A stretch of 64,000 nucleotides of DNA, from the IMG/VR virus record IMGVR_UViG_3300024054_000008, positions 64,001 through 128,000 of that record. The stretch is one strand, 5' to 3'. The position numbers were made by a program, and so were the translations under genes. The notes under the pieces were generated by a model, which ran no database searches, was not told the origin of the DNA, and saw only the letters and a program-made list of their open reading frames with translations. Position 1 is the stretch's first letter. Every line of letters starts with the position of its first letter. Shown piece by piece: positions 63,999 to 64,000 of this stretch. Origin of the DNA: a virus.

Positions 63999-64000
63999 AA

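Noticed and set aside
1-64000. Genome-wide TAG stop-codon reassignment
   Set aside because: Conserved long genes are uninterrupted under code 11. TAG sits at natural C-termini, and read-through gives only short extensions where checked (RNR, khpA, 50729).
1-64000. Eukaryotic giant virus (NCLDV) or bacterial chromosome origin
   Set aside because: Bacterial-type DnaX, clamp, NusG, sigma, KhpA and peptidoglycan hydrolases argue against NCLDV. Lack of housekeeping operons, split or divergent enzymes and dense orphans argue against a chromosome. No capsid or terminase gene is in the window, so the phage call remains an inference.

Overview
AT-rich (roughly one-third GC by eye), densely coding segment of what is most likely a jumbo/huge bacteriophage genome. 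It has host-like replication genes but no housekeeping operons, and many small orphan ORFs. 1-20 kb is a minus-strand replication/repair block: 5'-3' exonuclease, NusG, DnaX, primase, beta-clamp, delta- and delta'-like clamp-loader subunits, Cas4-like nuclease, Mre11/SbcD, RecD2, a LigA split into two divergent genes, and a class II RNR with a Gln-ending intein. 20-35 kb holds two sigma70-like genes, a TPR/lysozyme-like protein, a PurZ-type synthetase (Z-base pathway candidate), two endonuclease-GNAT/Mom-like fusions and ThyX. 35-38.3 kb is a sigma70-promoter operon ending in two circularly permuted tRNA-like RNAs and a terminator, followed by a tRNA with a CUA (amber) anticodon. 38-64 kb mixes small orphans, dNMP kinase, the other half of a split Rad50/SbcC, RecA, RuvC, an SSB, peptidoglycan hydrolases, KhpA and duplicated structural-type genes. 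Two window-wide patterns stand out: a G-TAnnnT-N5/6-ATG leaderless promoter signature, and a shared C-terminal peptide (about xxT/V-K/H-E/D-V/I-V/I-E-S/G-stop) on about 15 unrelated proteins. All calls come from manual reading and recalled family motifs; no database searches were run.
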